A stretch of 46,207 nucleotides of DNA from Bacillota bacterium (GTDB lineage: Bacteria; Bacillota; UBA4882), in the NCBI GenBank assembly GCA_050942765.1, contig JBMNNY010000001.1, forward strand, positions 1 to 46,207. The letters run 5' to 3'. A model generated the notes under the pieces. That model had not been told where the DNA came from. It searched no databases and was given only the letters and a program-made list of their open reading frames with translations. Shown piece by piece: positions 1 through 9,030 of the stretch. Each line of letters begins with the position of its first letter. Positions within the stretch are counted from its first letter, which is position 1. A program made the translations under genes and the position numbers.

Positions 1-2
1 AA

Positions 3-1298
3 GTAGTGCTGCACGGAGAGTTCTTTTCAAAGGTCATTTCCGAAATACCTAATACGACCGTGCGTCTTAAAAATGGCGATCAAGTGGCAAACACGAAGTC
101 TTTTAATAACGGAGAAGATATATACTGGTTTGCCGTTGATCCCAATACAGAATGGACAATTGAGACTGATGTTCCTGAGTTGGGATATCTTAAGAGAGCC
201 GCAATTTTCATAGCTCAATCGACTGCAGTTAATATCGATTTGGATGAAAAGATCTGTATCAAGGGACGTATTACAGAAAACGACTTGATGCCTATCCCTG
301 GAGAATTTCCGGGTGGGAAAGTCCGCCTGATAACCAGGGACGGTATCACAAGAGCAGAGTGCGATATGGGGGTTGATGGTTCATTTGAAGTGTATGCTCC
401 GCCTAATCTTTACAGGGTTGAGGCAGATTCGGAGACTAGAATACAGGCAATAGAAGAGGACTGTACAGAAAAAGGAATGCCTGATGCAGTAATAAACTTT
501 ACCGAGATTGTTATTACCGGCAATATCGCTATGCGGGACGGCAGGGTTCCTCTCACTTTTCCAGCATCAGAGGTTGGTTTTCTTGAGAATGGAGAGATGA
601 AGGAGCTAATTTCTCTCCAAAAGGGAATAGGAAGTTTTAAGGCCATCATACCAGGAGGAGAGTATTCTATACGCCTTGCTTTGAATGAAACTCCCATCAC
701 TCATAATTTTCCTAAAGAAGCGATCAATAGATCCTGCAAAAAGACCCTCCACATCGACTCCCACGTCGCCCGCATCATGGGCAACATCTCAACAACTTTG
801 GGTACTCCTGAAGGACAGACTTCGATTAGTGTTTATCGGGCTGACAATGGAGCTTTAGTCCAGACCAAAAAGTATAATCCGGGTGAGTCATACGAGTTTT
901 ACCTTAATCCCAATAATTATAACATCGTTGTATCTAATCCGAACTACGTCACGATATCGAAAGAATCTGTCGCAGCTTTTGGCGATATCTTTGTTGACTT
1001 TCGTTTCACGCATGCGCCGATCACATTCAATCTCAAACTACCTAAAGAATCGGCTTTTTGGGGCTCTTACTTCATTTTGAGCAAGCACGGTGATGCCTCT
1101 AATCTGTTTGAGCTAATCCATGATCCCGCTGCTCCCCACGACTATACATATTCTATTACCTATGGAGTTGAACTTGGCCGTACACTCTATGTGTTTTTTG
1201 CAATGGAAACCCCGGATCTGTATGAGGAGTACGTAGAACGAAAAGAATACGTGTTTACCAAAGCCGCCACCGTAACTCCATTCTTGATTCCCCAATAG
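3..1298 (+). CDS. C-terminal part of a large secreted/surface protein made of repeated carboxypeptidase-regulatory-like (prealbumin-fold) beta-sandwich modules; the 5' end runs off the window
   Basis: The frame is open from the window edge, with no stop before the GTG at 6. A module signature recurs at least 3 times (IKGRITEND...GSFEVYAPPNLYRVEA; ITGNIAMRDG...GSFKAIIPGGEYSIRL; IMGNISTTLG...YEFYLNPNNYNIVV). Confidence 0.45.
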   Translation, partial: VVLHGEFFSKVISEIPNTTVRLKNGDQVANTKSFNNGEDIYWFAVDPNTEWTIETDVPELGYLKRAAIFIAQSTAVNIDLDEKICIKGRITENDLMPIPGEFPGGKVRLITRDGITRAECDMGVDGSFEVYAPPNLYRVEADSETRIQAIEEDCTEKGMPDAVINFTEIVITGNIAMRDGRVPLTFPASEVGFLENGEMKELISLQKGIGSFKAIIPGGEYSIRLALNETPITHNFPKEAINRSCKKTLHIDSHVARIMGNISTTLGTPEGQTSISVYRADNGALVQTKKYNPGESYEFYLNPNNYNIVVSNPNYVTISKESVAAFGDIFVDFRFTHAPITFNLKLPKESAFWGSYFILSKHGDASNLFELIHDPAAPHDYTYSITYGVELGRTLYVFFAMETPDLYEEYVERKEYVFTKAATVTPFLIPQ

Positions 1299-1370
1299 AT
1301 TTCGCAGCACCAATATGCGGTACTAAAAGATCCTGCACAGTCTTCCGATAATAATTAAGGCACTCCGAAA

Positions 1371-1404
1371 AGCAGGAGGTGTTCCTGAAATGGCACCTCC
1401 TGTT
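1371..1404 (+). terminator. Weak candidate stem-loop terminator after the first ORF
   Basis: AGCAGGAGGTG (1371-1381) pairs with CACCTCCTGTT (1394-1404) across a 12-nt loop. No clear T-run follows. Confidence 0.3.
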
Positions 1405-1709
1405 GCTGTATGTATTGGGCTTTACGACGCTTGCGAACCGCCAGACTTGTACTGTAATGATATCCCATTGTTCACGTTCAGACTGCTTAGAAAATTTCGC
1501 AGGAATTGATTTTAGTGTACCGAATTATAAATGGTTTAGTAATTGAAGGTGGAGGTGATTTGCTGGCATCGATTATGTTTTGCGAAAGCGCACCGCAATG
1601 CGAGAATGCGCAGTTTGCGCCGTTTAGGAAAACACACCGTAACTCCTATAGCATCTATTTTCATCAAATTTGAATCTGCAGTTTACCTGCATGCCTGGGG
1701 GGAGTGGCA

Positions 1710-2015
1710 ATGCGAATTCAGGATCACCCGATTCTGGAACTCAAGAAAGGTCCCAGGGTCAAATTCACGTTTAATGGCCAAGAAATTTACGGCTATGAAG
1801 GGGAGAGCATTTTGGCAGCCCTGCACGATGCGGGTGTCTATGTATTAAGCCATAGTCTGAAAAAGCATCGTCCCAGGGGATTGTTCTGTGCGATCGGTCA
1901 TTGCTCATCCTGTTCCATGAGGGTCAATGGTGTTCCCAATGTCAGGGTTTGCGTGGAACCTTTACGCGAAGGTATGGTTGTTGAAACCCAGGAAGGGAAG
2001 GGTGTGCTGGCATGA
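1710..2015 (+). CDS. [2Fe-2S]-binding small subunit (HcnA / SoxA N-terminal / OoxA-type)
   Basis: The ATG at 1710 lies 5 nt after GGGGGGAG. The Cys block GLFCAIGHCSSCSMRVNG and a length of about 100 aa are typical of HcnA-like 2Fe-2S proteins. The stop overlaps the next start (ATGA at 2012). Confidence 0.8.
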   Translation: MRIQDHPILELKKGPRVKFTFNGQEIYGYEGESILAALHDAGVYVLSHSLKKHRPRGLFCAIGHCSSCSMRVNGVPNVRVCVEPLREGMVVETQEGKGVLA

Positions 2016-3124
2016 AAAAGACCGAAATTGCCATTGTCGGTGGAGGCCCGGCCGGACTGGGAGCAGCACTGAGCGCTGCATCAATGGGTGCCCAAGTAGT
2101 GTTGTTTGATCGTCAATATTCTCTTGGTGGACAACTGGTGAAGCAAACTCACAAATTCTTTGGATCAAAGGCTCAATTCGCGGGAGAACGCGGAATTAAG
2201 ATTGCGGAGGATCTGGCTGCCAAAGTGGCCGCCCATCCAAATATTAAGGTTATGCTGAACAGCACCGTCCTTGGCTATTACAATGATAAGGAACTCTTGT
2301 TCCAGCAGGGACGTCATGATTTGGATATTATTAAAGCCGATCAGATTGTGGTGGCAGCAGGAGCATCTGAAAAGATGTTGGCTTTTCCAAATAACGATTT
2401 GCCCGGCATTGTCGGTGCCGGGGCCATTCAAACCCTGATGCATATTGACGGGGTGCTGCCCGGCAGCAACGTCCTTGTAGTCGGATCAGGGAATATTGGC
2501 CTAATCGTAACATATCAATTATTGCAGGCTGGCGTGCATGTCGCAGCCATTGTAGAAGCAGCGCCGCGCATCGGAGGTTATCTGGTGCATGCTTCCAAGG
2601 TCCGTCGGCTCGGTGTTCCGATTCTGACCAAACACTCCATTAAGACCGCCATTGGTACCGACCGGGTCGAAAAGGCTGTGATCTGGCAGCTTGATTCGCA
2701 ATGGCAGGGTATCGAAGGTACGGAGCAAACGTTCGAAGTTGATACCATTGCGTTGGCAGTCGGTTTATCACCGTGTGCCGAACTCCTGTGGCAGGCTGAT
2801 TGCGCGATGGTTGATGTACCAGAATTAGGTGGTTTTGTTGCTTATCATAATGATCGTTATGAGACGACCACCCCTGGAATCCTGGTGGCCGGAGACGCCG
2901 CCGGTATTGAAGAGGCATCCGCAGCACTGCTCGAAGGAGAACTGGCTGGCATATTTGCCGCTCAGAATCTTGGTCATAGTTTTGAAGGTGTTGAAGCGAT
3001 CATTGCCAAGAAACGCGCCGAACTGGCGTCTTTACGCATCGGCCCGACCGGTGAAAAGATTCGCGCAGGAATGGCCCGGCTGGCAGAACGGGGGGATCAT
3101 CAGTGCTTGAGCAAACTGGGATAG
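2012..3124 (+). CDS. FAD/NAD(P)-binding pyridine nucleotide-disulfide-type oxidoreductase subunit (HcnB/OoxA-like)
   Basis: There are two Rossmann signatures, IAIVGGGPAGLGAAL and VLVVGSGNIGLIV, and a C-terminal GDAAG motif. The ORF is translationally coupled on both sides. Confidence 0.8.
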   Translation: MKKTEIAIVGGGPAGLGAALSAASMGAQVVLFDRQYSLGGQLVKQTHKFFGSKAQFAGERGIKIAEDLAAKVAAHPNIKVMLNSTVLGYYNDKELLFQQGRHDLDIIKADQIVVAAGASEKMLAFPNNDLPGIVGAGAIQTLMHIDGVLPGSNVLVVGSGNIGLIVTYQLLQAGVHVAAIVEAAPRIGGYLVHASKVRRLGVPILTKHSIKTAIGTDRVEKAVIWQLDSQWQGIEGTEQTFEVDTIALAVGLSPCAELLWQADCAMVDVPELGGFVAYHNDRYETTTPGILVAGDAAGIEEASAALLEGELAGIFAAQNLGHSFEGVEAIIAKKRAELASLRIGPTGEKIRAGMARLAERGDHQCLSKLG

Positions 3125-3621
3125 CAGAACAAGAGCAGATTAAAGCGATCATGCCTTCCGAAGAAAGGCTGAAAAAAGGACCGGTCGCCATATTCGAATG
3201 CTTCCAGAAGATACCGTGCAATCCGTGTACCGAAGCATGTGCACGTAAGGCGCCCAGGCCGATGAATGACATTAATGATCTGCCCAGCGTGGACTATGAT
3301 CAATGTAATGGTTGCGGATTATGCATCAGCGCCTGTCCGGGACTGGCCATCTTTGTCGTTGACATGACCCAGGGCCCGCATTCCGCGCTGGTTAAACTGC
3401 CCTATGAGTTCCGTCCCTTGCCTGAAAAGGACAGCATGGTCACCTTGCTGAACCGGGAAGGACGCGCCGTGGGACATGGTCGGGTACAGGCTGTGGACAA
3501 CAGGCCTAATCAGAACAAGACTGCCGTGATATCGGTTGTTGTGCCGAAAGAACTCGCCATGGACGTACGTGCGATTACACTTATGACTCATAATTTAGAA
3601 TCTCAAGAGGATAGGGGGTAA
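3103..3621 (+). CDS. 4Fe-4S ferredoxin-type subunit (about 19 kDa)
   Basis: Motifs CNPCTEAC and CNGCGLCISACP are present. The GTG at 3103 lies 6 nt after GGGGGGAT and overlaps the upstream stop at 3124. The start could alternatively be the ATG at 3151. Confidence 0.65.
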   Translation: MLEQTGIAEQEQIKAIMPSEERLKKGPVAIFECFQKIPCNPCTEACARKAPRPMNDINDLPSVDYDQCNGCGLCISACPGLAIFVVDMTQGPHSALVKLPYEFRPLPEKDSMVTLLNREGRAVGHGRVQAVDNRPNQNKTAVISVVVPKELAMDVRAITLMTHNLESQEDRG

Positions 3622-3626
3622 CGGGC

Positions 3627-3920
3627 ATGGATGATAACACCATCATCTGCAGATGCGAAGACCTTACCCTCGGCGAACTGCGTCGTCGCATCCAGGAAGG
3701 TTATACCAGCTGGGAAGAATTGAAGCGGCTTACCCGCTGCGGGATGGGTTCATGTCAGGGAAAGACCTGCCGGAACCTTATACTTCGTGAATTAGCCTTG
3801 GCCGGCTATAAAGAGCCATTTACACCGAATAGTTTCAGACAGCCCATTGCCCCGGTAACTTTGGAAGACCTAAAGCAGGCCGGTGGCGGCGAGCTTGCCG
3901 GAGGTGGCAAACATGAATGA
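3627..3920 (+). CDS. BFD-like [2Fe-2S]-binding small subunit
   Basis: CRCEDLTLGEL...CGMGSCQGKTC is the BFD-like 2Fe-2S signature. Confidence 0.75.
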   Translation: MDDNTIICRCEDLTLGELRRRIQEGYTSWEELKRLTRCGMGSCQGKTCRNLILRELALAGYKEPFTPNSFRQPIAPVTLEDLKQAGGGELAGGGKHE

Positions 3921-5064
3921 ACATGCCGATATCGTCATCATTGGCGGAGGCATCGTGGGATGTTCCACAGCTTATCATCTGGCTAAGATGGGCGGAGCCG
4001 GGCGGATCATTCTGTTAGAAAAAGACTTTATCTGCAGTGGTTCGACAGGGCGTTGCGGTGCCGGTATTCGTCAGCAATGGGGAACGGAGACCAACTGCGC
4101 ATTGTCAATCCGTAGCATAGAGATGTTCGAGAACTTACAGGAAGAATTGGATTATCCGGAAGATATGGAGTTCAAGCAGGGCGGCTATCTGATGCTGGCG
4201 CATACCGAACACATGCTTGAACAGTTCCGCAAAAATGTGGAATTGCAGCGCCGCCTGGGTGTAGACGTCAGTCTGATTACACCTGAGGAAGCCCGCGAGA
4301 TTGTACCGATGCTCAATACCGAAGGCATGCTGGGCGCAACTTTCTGCCAGCGCGACGGGCATCTCAACCCGTTTAGAGTAACTGATGCCTATGCGCGTGC
4401 CGCCAAACGCCTCGGAGTCGAGATCCGTCTCCGGACTCAAGTGACAGGACTGGAACGCCAGGGCGATCGTATTACTGCTGTTAACACGAAGGCGGGACGC
4501 ATTACAGCTGGCAAAGTCATCAACTGCTCCGGAGCCTGGGCTGGTGAGCTGTGCCGTATGGCCGGAGTCGAAACCCCATTTTACGCCGAAAAACACCAGA
4601 TTCTTGTCACGGAACCGGTTGAGCCTTGCGTGAAACCAATGGTCATCTCGCTCTACCACGGCTTGTATTGTCAGCAATCGCCGCACGGCAGCTTCATAAT
4701 GGGTATTGGTCATCCCAATGAACCACGCGGCTTTGAAGTTAAGGCTGACTGGCGTTTCGCCACTGAGATGGCGAGCAAGGTAATTTACTTGCTTCCGCGG
4801 CTTAAAGATCTGCATGTTGTCAGACAATGGGCTGGTCTTTATGATATGACTCCTGATGCTCAGCCGGTTTACGGCCTGGTGCCGCCGCTCTCCAACTTCT
4901 ATGTGGCGGCCGGATTCAGCGGTCATGGCTTTATGCTTGGTCCGATTACCGGCGTTCTGATGAGCGAGATCGTCAACGGCCTTCCGACCAGCGTCGACGT
5001 TTCGATGCTGGATATGGGCCGTTTTGAGCGCGGCGAGCTGTTCATTGAACCGTCTGTAGTCTGA
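3913..5064 (+). CDS. FAD-dependent oxidoreductase, DAO family (SoxB / HcnC / OoxB / proline dehydrogenase beta-like)
   Basis: The N-terminal motif is DIVIIGGGIVGCSTAYHLA. DAO-family length and the C-terminal GFSGHGFMLGP fit the family. GGAGG lies 8 nt upstream, and the start overlaps the previous stop (ATGAATGA). Confidence 0.85.
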   Translation: MNEHADIVIIGGGIVGCSTAYHLAKMGGAGRIILLEKDFICSGSTGRCGAGIRQQWGTETNCALSIRSIEMFENLQEELDYPEDMEFKQGGYLMLAHTEHMLEQFRKNVELQRRLGVDVSLITPEEAREIVPMLNTEGMLGATFCQRDGHLNPFRVTDAYARAAKRLGVEIRLRTQVTGLERQGDRITAVNTKAGRITAGKVINCSGAWAGELCRMAGVETPFYAEKHQILVTEPVEPCVKPMVISLYHGLYCQQSPHGSFIMGIGHPNEPRGFEVKADWRFATEMASKVIYLLPRLKDLHVVRQWAGLYDMTPDAQPVYGLVPPLSNFYVAAGFSGHGFMLGPITGVLMSEIVNGLPTSVDVSMLDMGRFERGELFIEPSVV

Positions 5065-5106
5065 TGATTTGCGGGATTAGAAACCGGAACAAAAGGGGGC
5101 GATCTT

Positions 5107-5514
5107 TTGAAACTAGAAGTCCGTGAAAAAGCATGTTCGGGATGTCGTACCTGTGAAGTGGCCTGCGCGCTGAAGAATTACAAAGAAAATAACCCTAAAA
5201 AATCAGCACTGCGCATCACAGGCGAATTTCCAACCCCCGGAGGGTATCAGATCGCTTACTGCAACCAGTGCGGTACCTGCGCGGAAGTTTGTCCGACCGG
5301 TGCGATCAGCCTTGTTGACGGAGCGTATATCATCGATCAGGAAACCTGCATCGGGTGCTATGTCTGCGTAGAGTCCTGCCCGAATAAGGCGATGTTTATC
5401 CATAAGACTGAGAAAGCACCTATCAAATGCACCAATTGCGGGGCGTGCGTGCAGTACTGCCCGCGGGAAGCAGTCTACGATGCAGAAGTCGGCATCAAGG
5501 GGAGGGTCGGCTGA
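5107..5514 (+). CDS. Polyferredoxin with four 4Fe-4S motifs (AorA-like electron-transfer subunit)
   Basis: Four Cys motifs are present: CSGCRTCEVAC, CNQCGTCAEVCP, CIGCYVCVESCP and CTNCGACVQYCP. The TTG start follows AAAGGGGG. Confidence 0.85.
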   Translation: MKLEVREKACSGCRTCEVACALKNYKENNPKKSALRITGEFPTPGGYQIAYCNQCGTCAEVCPTGAISLVDGAYIIDQETCIGCYVCVESCPNKAMFIHKTEKAPIKCTNCGACVQYCPREAVYDAEVGIKGRVG

Positions 5515-5515
5515 A

Positions 5516-7366
5516 ATGTTGTATGGCTATGCCGGGAAAATCTTGCGTGTTAACCTGACAACCGGAAATATTAAGGCAGAACCTCTCTCGGAGGAGATGG
5601 CCCGCGATTACATCGGCGGCCGCGGATTTGCTGCGAATATTCTGTATCGCGAGATTCCAGCGGGAACGGATCCGCTGTCTCCAGCGAATAAAGTGGTCGT
5701 GGCTGCCGGCCCATTGAGCGGTTTGTTTTTGCCGGGCAGCGGCAAAATTACGTTTGCCTCCAAATCGCCAGCCACCGGCGGTTACGGCGACAGCAACATG
5801 GGCGGCCATATGGCCAGCGAGCTGAAGTATGCCGGTTATGATGCCATTATCATTGAGGGAGCCGCTCAGAAACCGTCTTACCTGTATATTGATGATGATC
5901 ATGTTGAAATTCGGGATGCCTCCAAGTACTGGGGCAAAGGCGCCATGATCAGCGAGCGCATGATCCTTGATGATCTGGGCGAAGACTTCCGGGTGGCGAC
6001 GATCGGCCCGGCTGGTGAAAATCTGGTCAAATATGCGTGCGTCTCGCACGATTTTGGTCGTCAGAGCGGGCGCACCGGCATCGCGGCTGTGTTGGGATCC
6101 AAGAAGGTCAAGGCCATCGCCATTCGTGGCACTCAAACTATTCCGGTGCCGGATCCTGAAAAGATGTTTGAAGTTGGCGGGCGGATGTATGAAATCTGCT
6201 TCGCCAAGCCGGGATTTAAAGAATGGACACCGGATGGCACGGCGGGCGTGACGGATTGGGTCAATCAGATTGGGGCTTTCCCGACTAAGAATTTCTGGAC
6301 CGGCTACTTTGAAGAGCACAAGAACATCAATGGCCAGTCTTTGAGCAGCAGGATCAAAGTGCTTGACAAAGGCTGCTTCGGATGCCCGATTCCGTGCGGT
6401 AAATATGCCAAAGTCGATATGGGTGGCCAGTCGGTGAATGTGGAAGGTCCCGAGTATGAGACCATTGCACTGCTAGGCGGCAACCTGATGCTGGACAGCA
6501 TTGAAAAAGTGGCTTATGCCAACTATGTTTGCGACGAGCTGGGGCTCGATACGATTTCTGCCGGTAATGTCATTGCCTTTGCCATGGAGTGTCTTGAAAA
6601 AGGCGTCATTACCCGGGAGCAGGTCGGGCAGGAGCTGCGCTGGGGCAGCATCGATGATGCTGTCAAGATGATGCATGCTATCGCTAACCGCGAAGGAATT
6701 GGTGATGTGCTGGCGGAGGGCGTGCGTTATGCGGCCGAGAAATTTGGTGGCGGCTCCGAGAAATATGCGATTCATGTCAAGGGTCTGGAATGGAGCGGTT
6801 ACGAAGCCCGTTATGCTCCTTCGATGATGCTTGCCTACATTACTTGCGATCTGGGTGGCCACCACAACCGGGCCTGGGCGATTACGCATGACGTAGCCAC
6901 CGGGCGCGATAGCCTGGTGGGCAAGGCTGATAAGGTTATTGAACTGCAGCATGTACGGCCGATGTTCGATAATTTGGGTGCGTGCCGTCTGCAGTGGGTT
7001 GAAATCGGATTCGAACTGGATCATTATATCGAACTGATCGAAACCGCTACCGGTTACCATTATTCCTGGGAAGATCTGATGAAGGTCTCCGAGAGAGTGT
7101 GGAATCTGACGCGTTCGTTCAGTCTGCGTGAGATTGGCGACTTCGGGAGAAAATATGATTATCCGCCGGCCAGATTTATGGAAGAGCCGATGCCGACCGG
7201 TCCGGCCAAGGGTAAGTATATTCCTCGCGAACAGATTGACACGCTGCTCGATGAATACTATGACAAACGCGGCTGGAATCGGGAAGGGAAACCGAAACGG
7301 GAGACCCTTGATTCCCTGAAGCTTGGATTTGTAGCGGATGAGCTAGCCTCACTCGGGAGGTTGTGA
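5516..7366 (+). CDS. aor: Aldehyde:ferredoxin oxidoreductase (tungstopterin AOR family)
   Basis: The N-terminus MLYGYAGKILRVNLTTG...YIGGRGF is typical of the family, as are the roughly 616-aa length and the internal AOR-family blocks (GPEYETI, DxxGxC-type region). The ATG lies 1 nt after the ferredoxin stop. Confidence 0.9.
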   Translation: MLYGYAGKILRVNLTTGNIKAEPLSEEMARDYIGGRGFAANILYREIPAGTDPLSPANKVVVAAGPLSGLFLPGSGKITFASKSPATGGYGDSNMGGHMASELKYAGYDAIIIEGAAQKPSYLYIDDDHVEIRDASKYWGKGAMISERMILDDLGEDFRVATIGPAGENLVKYACVSHDFGRQSGRTGIAAVLGSKKVKAIAIRGTQTIPVPDPEKMFEVGGRMYEICFAKPGFKEWTPDGTAGVTDWVNQIGAFPTKNFWTGYFEEHKNINGQSLSSRIKVLDKGCFGCPIPCGKYAKVDMGGQSVNVEGPEYETIALLGGNLMLDSIEKVAYANYVCDELGLDTISAGNVIAFAMECLEKGVITREQVGQELRWGSIDDAVKMMHAIANREGIGDVLAEGVRYAAEKFGGGSEKYAIHVKGLEWSGYEARYAPSMMLAYITCDLGGHHNRAWAITHDVATGRDSLVGKADKVIELQHVRPMFDNLGACRLQWVEIGFELDHYIELIETATGYHYSWEDLMKVSERVWNLTRSFSLREIGDFGRKYDYPPARFMEEPMPTGPAKGKYIPREQIDTLLDEYYDKRGWNREGKPKRETLDSLKLGFVADELASLGRL

Positions 7367-7369
7367 GCG

Positions 7370-7609
7370 ATGCTGCGGATCACGCTCCAGACACGGGGGT
7401 ATTTGCAGCAAGTTTTCCCGGATAAGAAAGATACCGTTGTGGTCGAAGTTGAAAGGCCCGAGGCCGTACGCGCCTTAATTGCCAGACTGAATATTCACCC
7501 CGATCTGGTGATGGTGGTGCTATCAGGTGACGGGCAGCGCCGGGACCTGGATTATGTGCCAGGGGACGGTGAGGTTGTCACGATTCTGCCGCCAATTTCC
7601 GGGGGATGA
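7370..7609 (+). CDS. MoaD/ThiS-family small sulfur-carrier-like protein
   Basis: The protein is 79 aa and ends ...ILPPISGG (C-terminal Gly-Gly). It begins 3 nt after the AOR stop. Confidence 0.75.
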   Translation: MLRITLQTRGYLQQVFPDKKDTVVVEVERPEAVRALIARLNIHPDLVMVVLSGDGQRRDLDYVPGDGEVVTILPPISGG

Positions 7610-7703
7610 GGGTTTCCGGCGCTGCTGGCACTAGCGGAGGAAGCCGGAATTCTGAATCCGGAGTGGAGTGCCGGAATGAAAAATGGTGATATGAAATGAG
7701 AAA

Positions 7704-7750
7704 GAGCCCGGAGCTTATTCAGTTGGTATAAGCTCCAGGCTCTTTGCTTT
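7704..7750. terminator. Bidirectional rho-independent terminator between the AOR operon (+) and rseP (-)
   Basis: GAGCCCGGAGCTTA (7704-7717) pairs with TAAGCTCCAGGCTC (7729-7742) with 1 mismatch. TTTGCTTT follows it and an A-rich run precedes it. Confidence 0.8.
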
Positions 7751-7860
7751 GTGAGGCGATGCATGGTAGCGGCTATAGCAGGCGGTGGCGGCCGGGCTGG
7801 GATAGGATGTAGGCCGGCCGGATCCAGGCCTAATGGGCTGAATCACAGTCAGAGTATGGA

Positions 7861-8892
7861 TCAACTGACGAACTTCAGCACATCTTTGACAGTGACGAAG
7901 ATGATCAGTAAAAAGATTGCGGCGAAGCCTACTAAATGTATCACGACTTGCTTTTTTTCACTCAGGCGCAAGCCGAAGAGTCCTTCCAGAGCCAGCAATA
8001 TCAAACGTCCTCCGTCGAGCGCCGGGAACGGGAACAGGTTAAACCAGCCGAGGTTGATGCTGATCAGGGCGAGCACAGTAAGGAAGTTGGACCAACCAGT
8101 GGCGGCAGTGGCAGCCACATCCGATACCATGCCGATAGGACCGGAGAATTGACTCAAGCCGGTCTTGCCGGTGAACAGCGCTGCAAAAGCCCGGATAACA
8201 GCGGTTGACATTTCATGCATTGCGGCGCCGGTATGCAAAATTATTGCGCCAATTGTGGCGGAGGAATGACTGTAAACAACATTTTCACGCATTGTAACGC
8301 CAATGCGCCCGGAGCGTGGCGTGACTTCTGCTGTAAAGATGTTATTATCGCGTCGGATTTGCATTTGCATGGTACTGCCTGAAGGATCCTGACGCACAAA
8401 TTCCCCTAAGGCGGAAGACGAGTTCAAGGGCTGGCCGTTGACATCAATGATTATATCTCCGGGGAGCAGACCAGACGCTTCGGCAGCAGAACCCTGCTCG
8501 ATGTTGGAAATTACTACTTCACTGCCGACTGGAAGACCTTGCACAGCTGCTATTGAGAAGATGAGCAGCGCGGCCAGGACAAAGTTCAGCAAAGGACCGC
8601 CAATTGTAAACAAAACTCGCGCCCACACCGGGCGGTTTTGCATTTTACGCGGGTCAGCACATTCTTCCGGATCATCCGGATTTTCGATGCCATCGACCAT
8701 GGCGTATCCCCCGAATGGCACCAGATTTACACGGTAATCAGTGCCGTTTCTTTTGATGCCAAACAGACGCTTACCAAAACCAAGAGCCAACTGACGAACG
8801 CGCATTCCGCCGAGCTTTGCTCCGATGAAATGCCCCAGCTCATGGATGAACATAACCAGGCTTAGTCCAATTATGGCCGCCAAAATGTTCAT
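7861..8892 (-). CDS. rseP: RIP site-2 metalloprotease RseP (M50 family)
   Basis: HELGH lies in the first TM segment, the PDZ core is GLLPGDIIIDVNGQ, and the C-terminal motif is NLFPFPALDGGR. The start is taken at MNILAAI; an upstream ATG at 8910 has no RBS. Confidence 0.85.
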   Translation of the reverse strand: MNILAAIIGLSLVMFIHELGHFIGAKLGGMRVRQLALGFGKRLFGIKRNGTDYRVNLVPFGGYAMVDGIENPDDPEECADPRKMQNRPVWARVLFTIGGPLLNFVLAALLIFSIAAVQGLPVGSEVVISNIEQGSAAEASGLLPGDIIIDVNGQPLNSSSALGEFVRQDPSGSTMQMQIRRDNNIFTAEVTPRSGRIGVTMRENVVYSHSSATIGAIILHTGAAMHEMSTAVIRAFAALFTGKTGLSQFSGPIGMVSDVAATAATGWSNFLTVLALISINLGWFNLFPFPALDGGRLILLALEGLFGLRLSEKKQVVIHLVGFAAIFLLIIFVTVKDVLKFVS

Positions 8893-9030
8893 AAAAACCC
8901 AGCCTTTCATTTATCAAATATCAAATTCACCGCTCCGCTGGAAGTCGTGCCACCATCATCTATCATAATCTATATTCCAGTATGATATAAATAACGTCGC
9001 AAGCTCTTCGAAGTTCCGGCATGTTCCATT

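Noticed and set aside
1390-1406. TGGCAC...TTGC resembling a sigma-54 -24/-12 promoter.
   Set aside because: The GG-to-GC spacing is 11 nt rather than the required 10. The TGGCAC is the descending arm of the hairpin at 1371-1404.
1299-1709. Searched the leader of the AOR-containing operon for a Moco/Tuco-type riboswitch or other structured leader.
   Set aside because: I could not recognise the conserved Moco-motif elements by eye. Only the local TGCG(C/A) stutter at 1585-1635 is visible. A covariance-model scan would be needed to decide.
4135-4926. 263-aa minus-strand ORF antisense to the DAO-family flavoprotein gene. Similar long antisense ORFs occur at 5495-6319, 6473-7060, 18885-19724, 21185-21607 and 33303-34121.
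   Set aside because: Each lies fully inside, or largely overlaps, a strongly supported plus-strand gene. They have no RBS and odd composition (Arg/Ser/Pro-rich). Long shadow ORFs of this kind are common opposite real genes in moderately GC-rich DNA.
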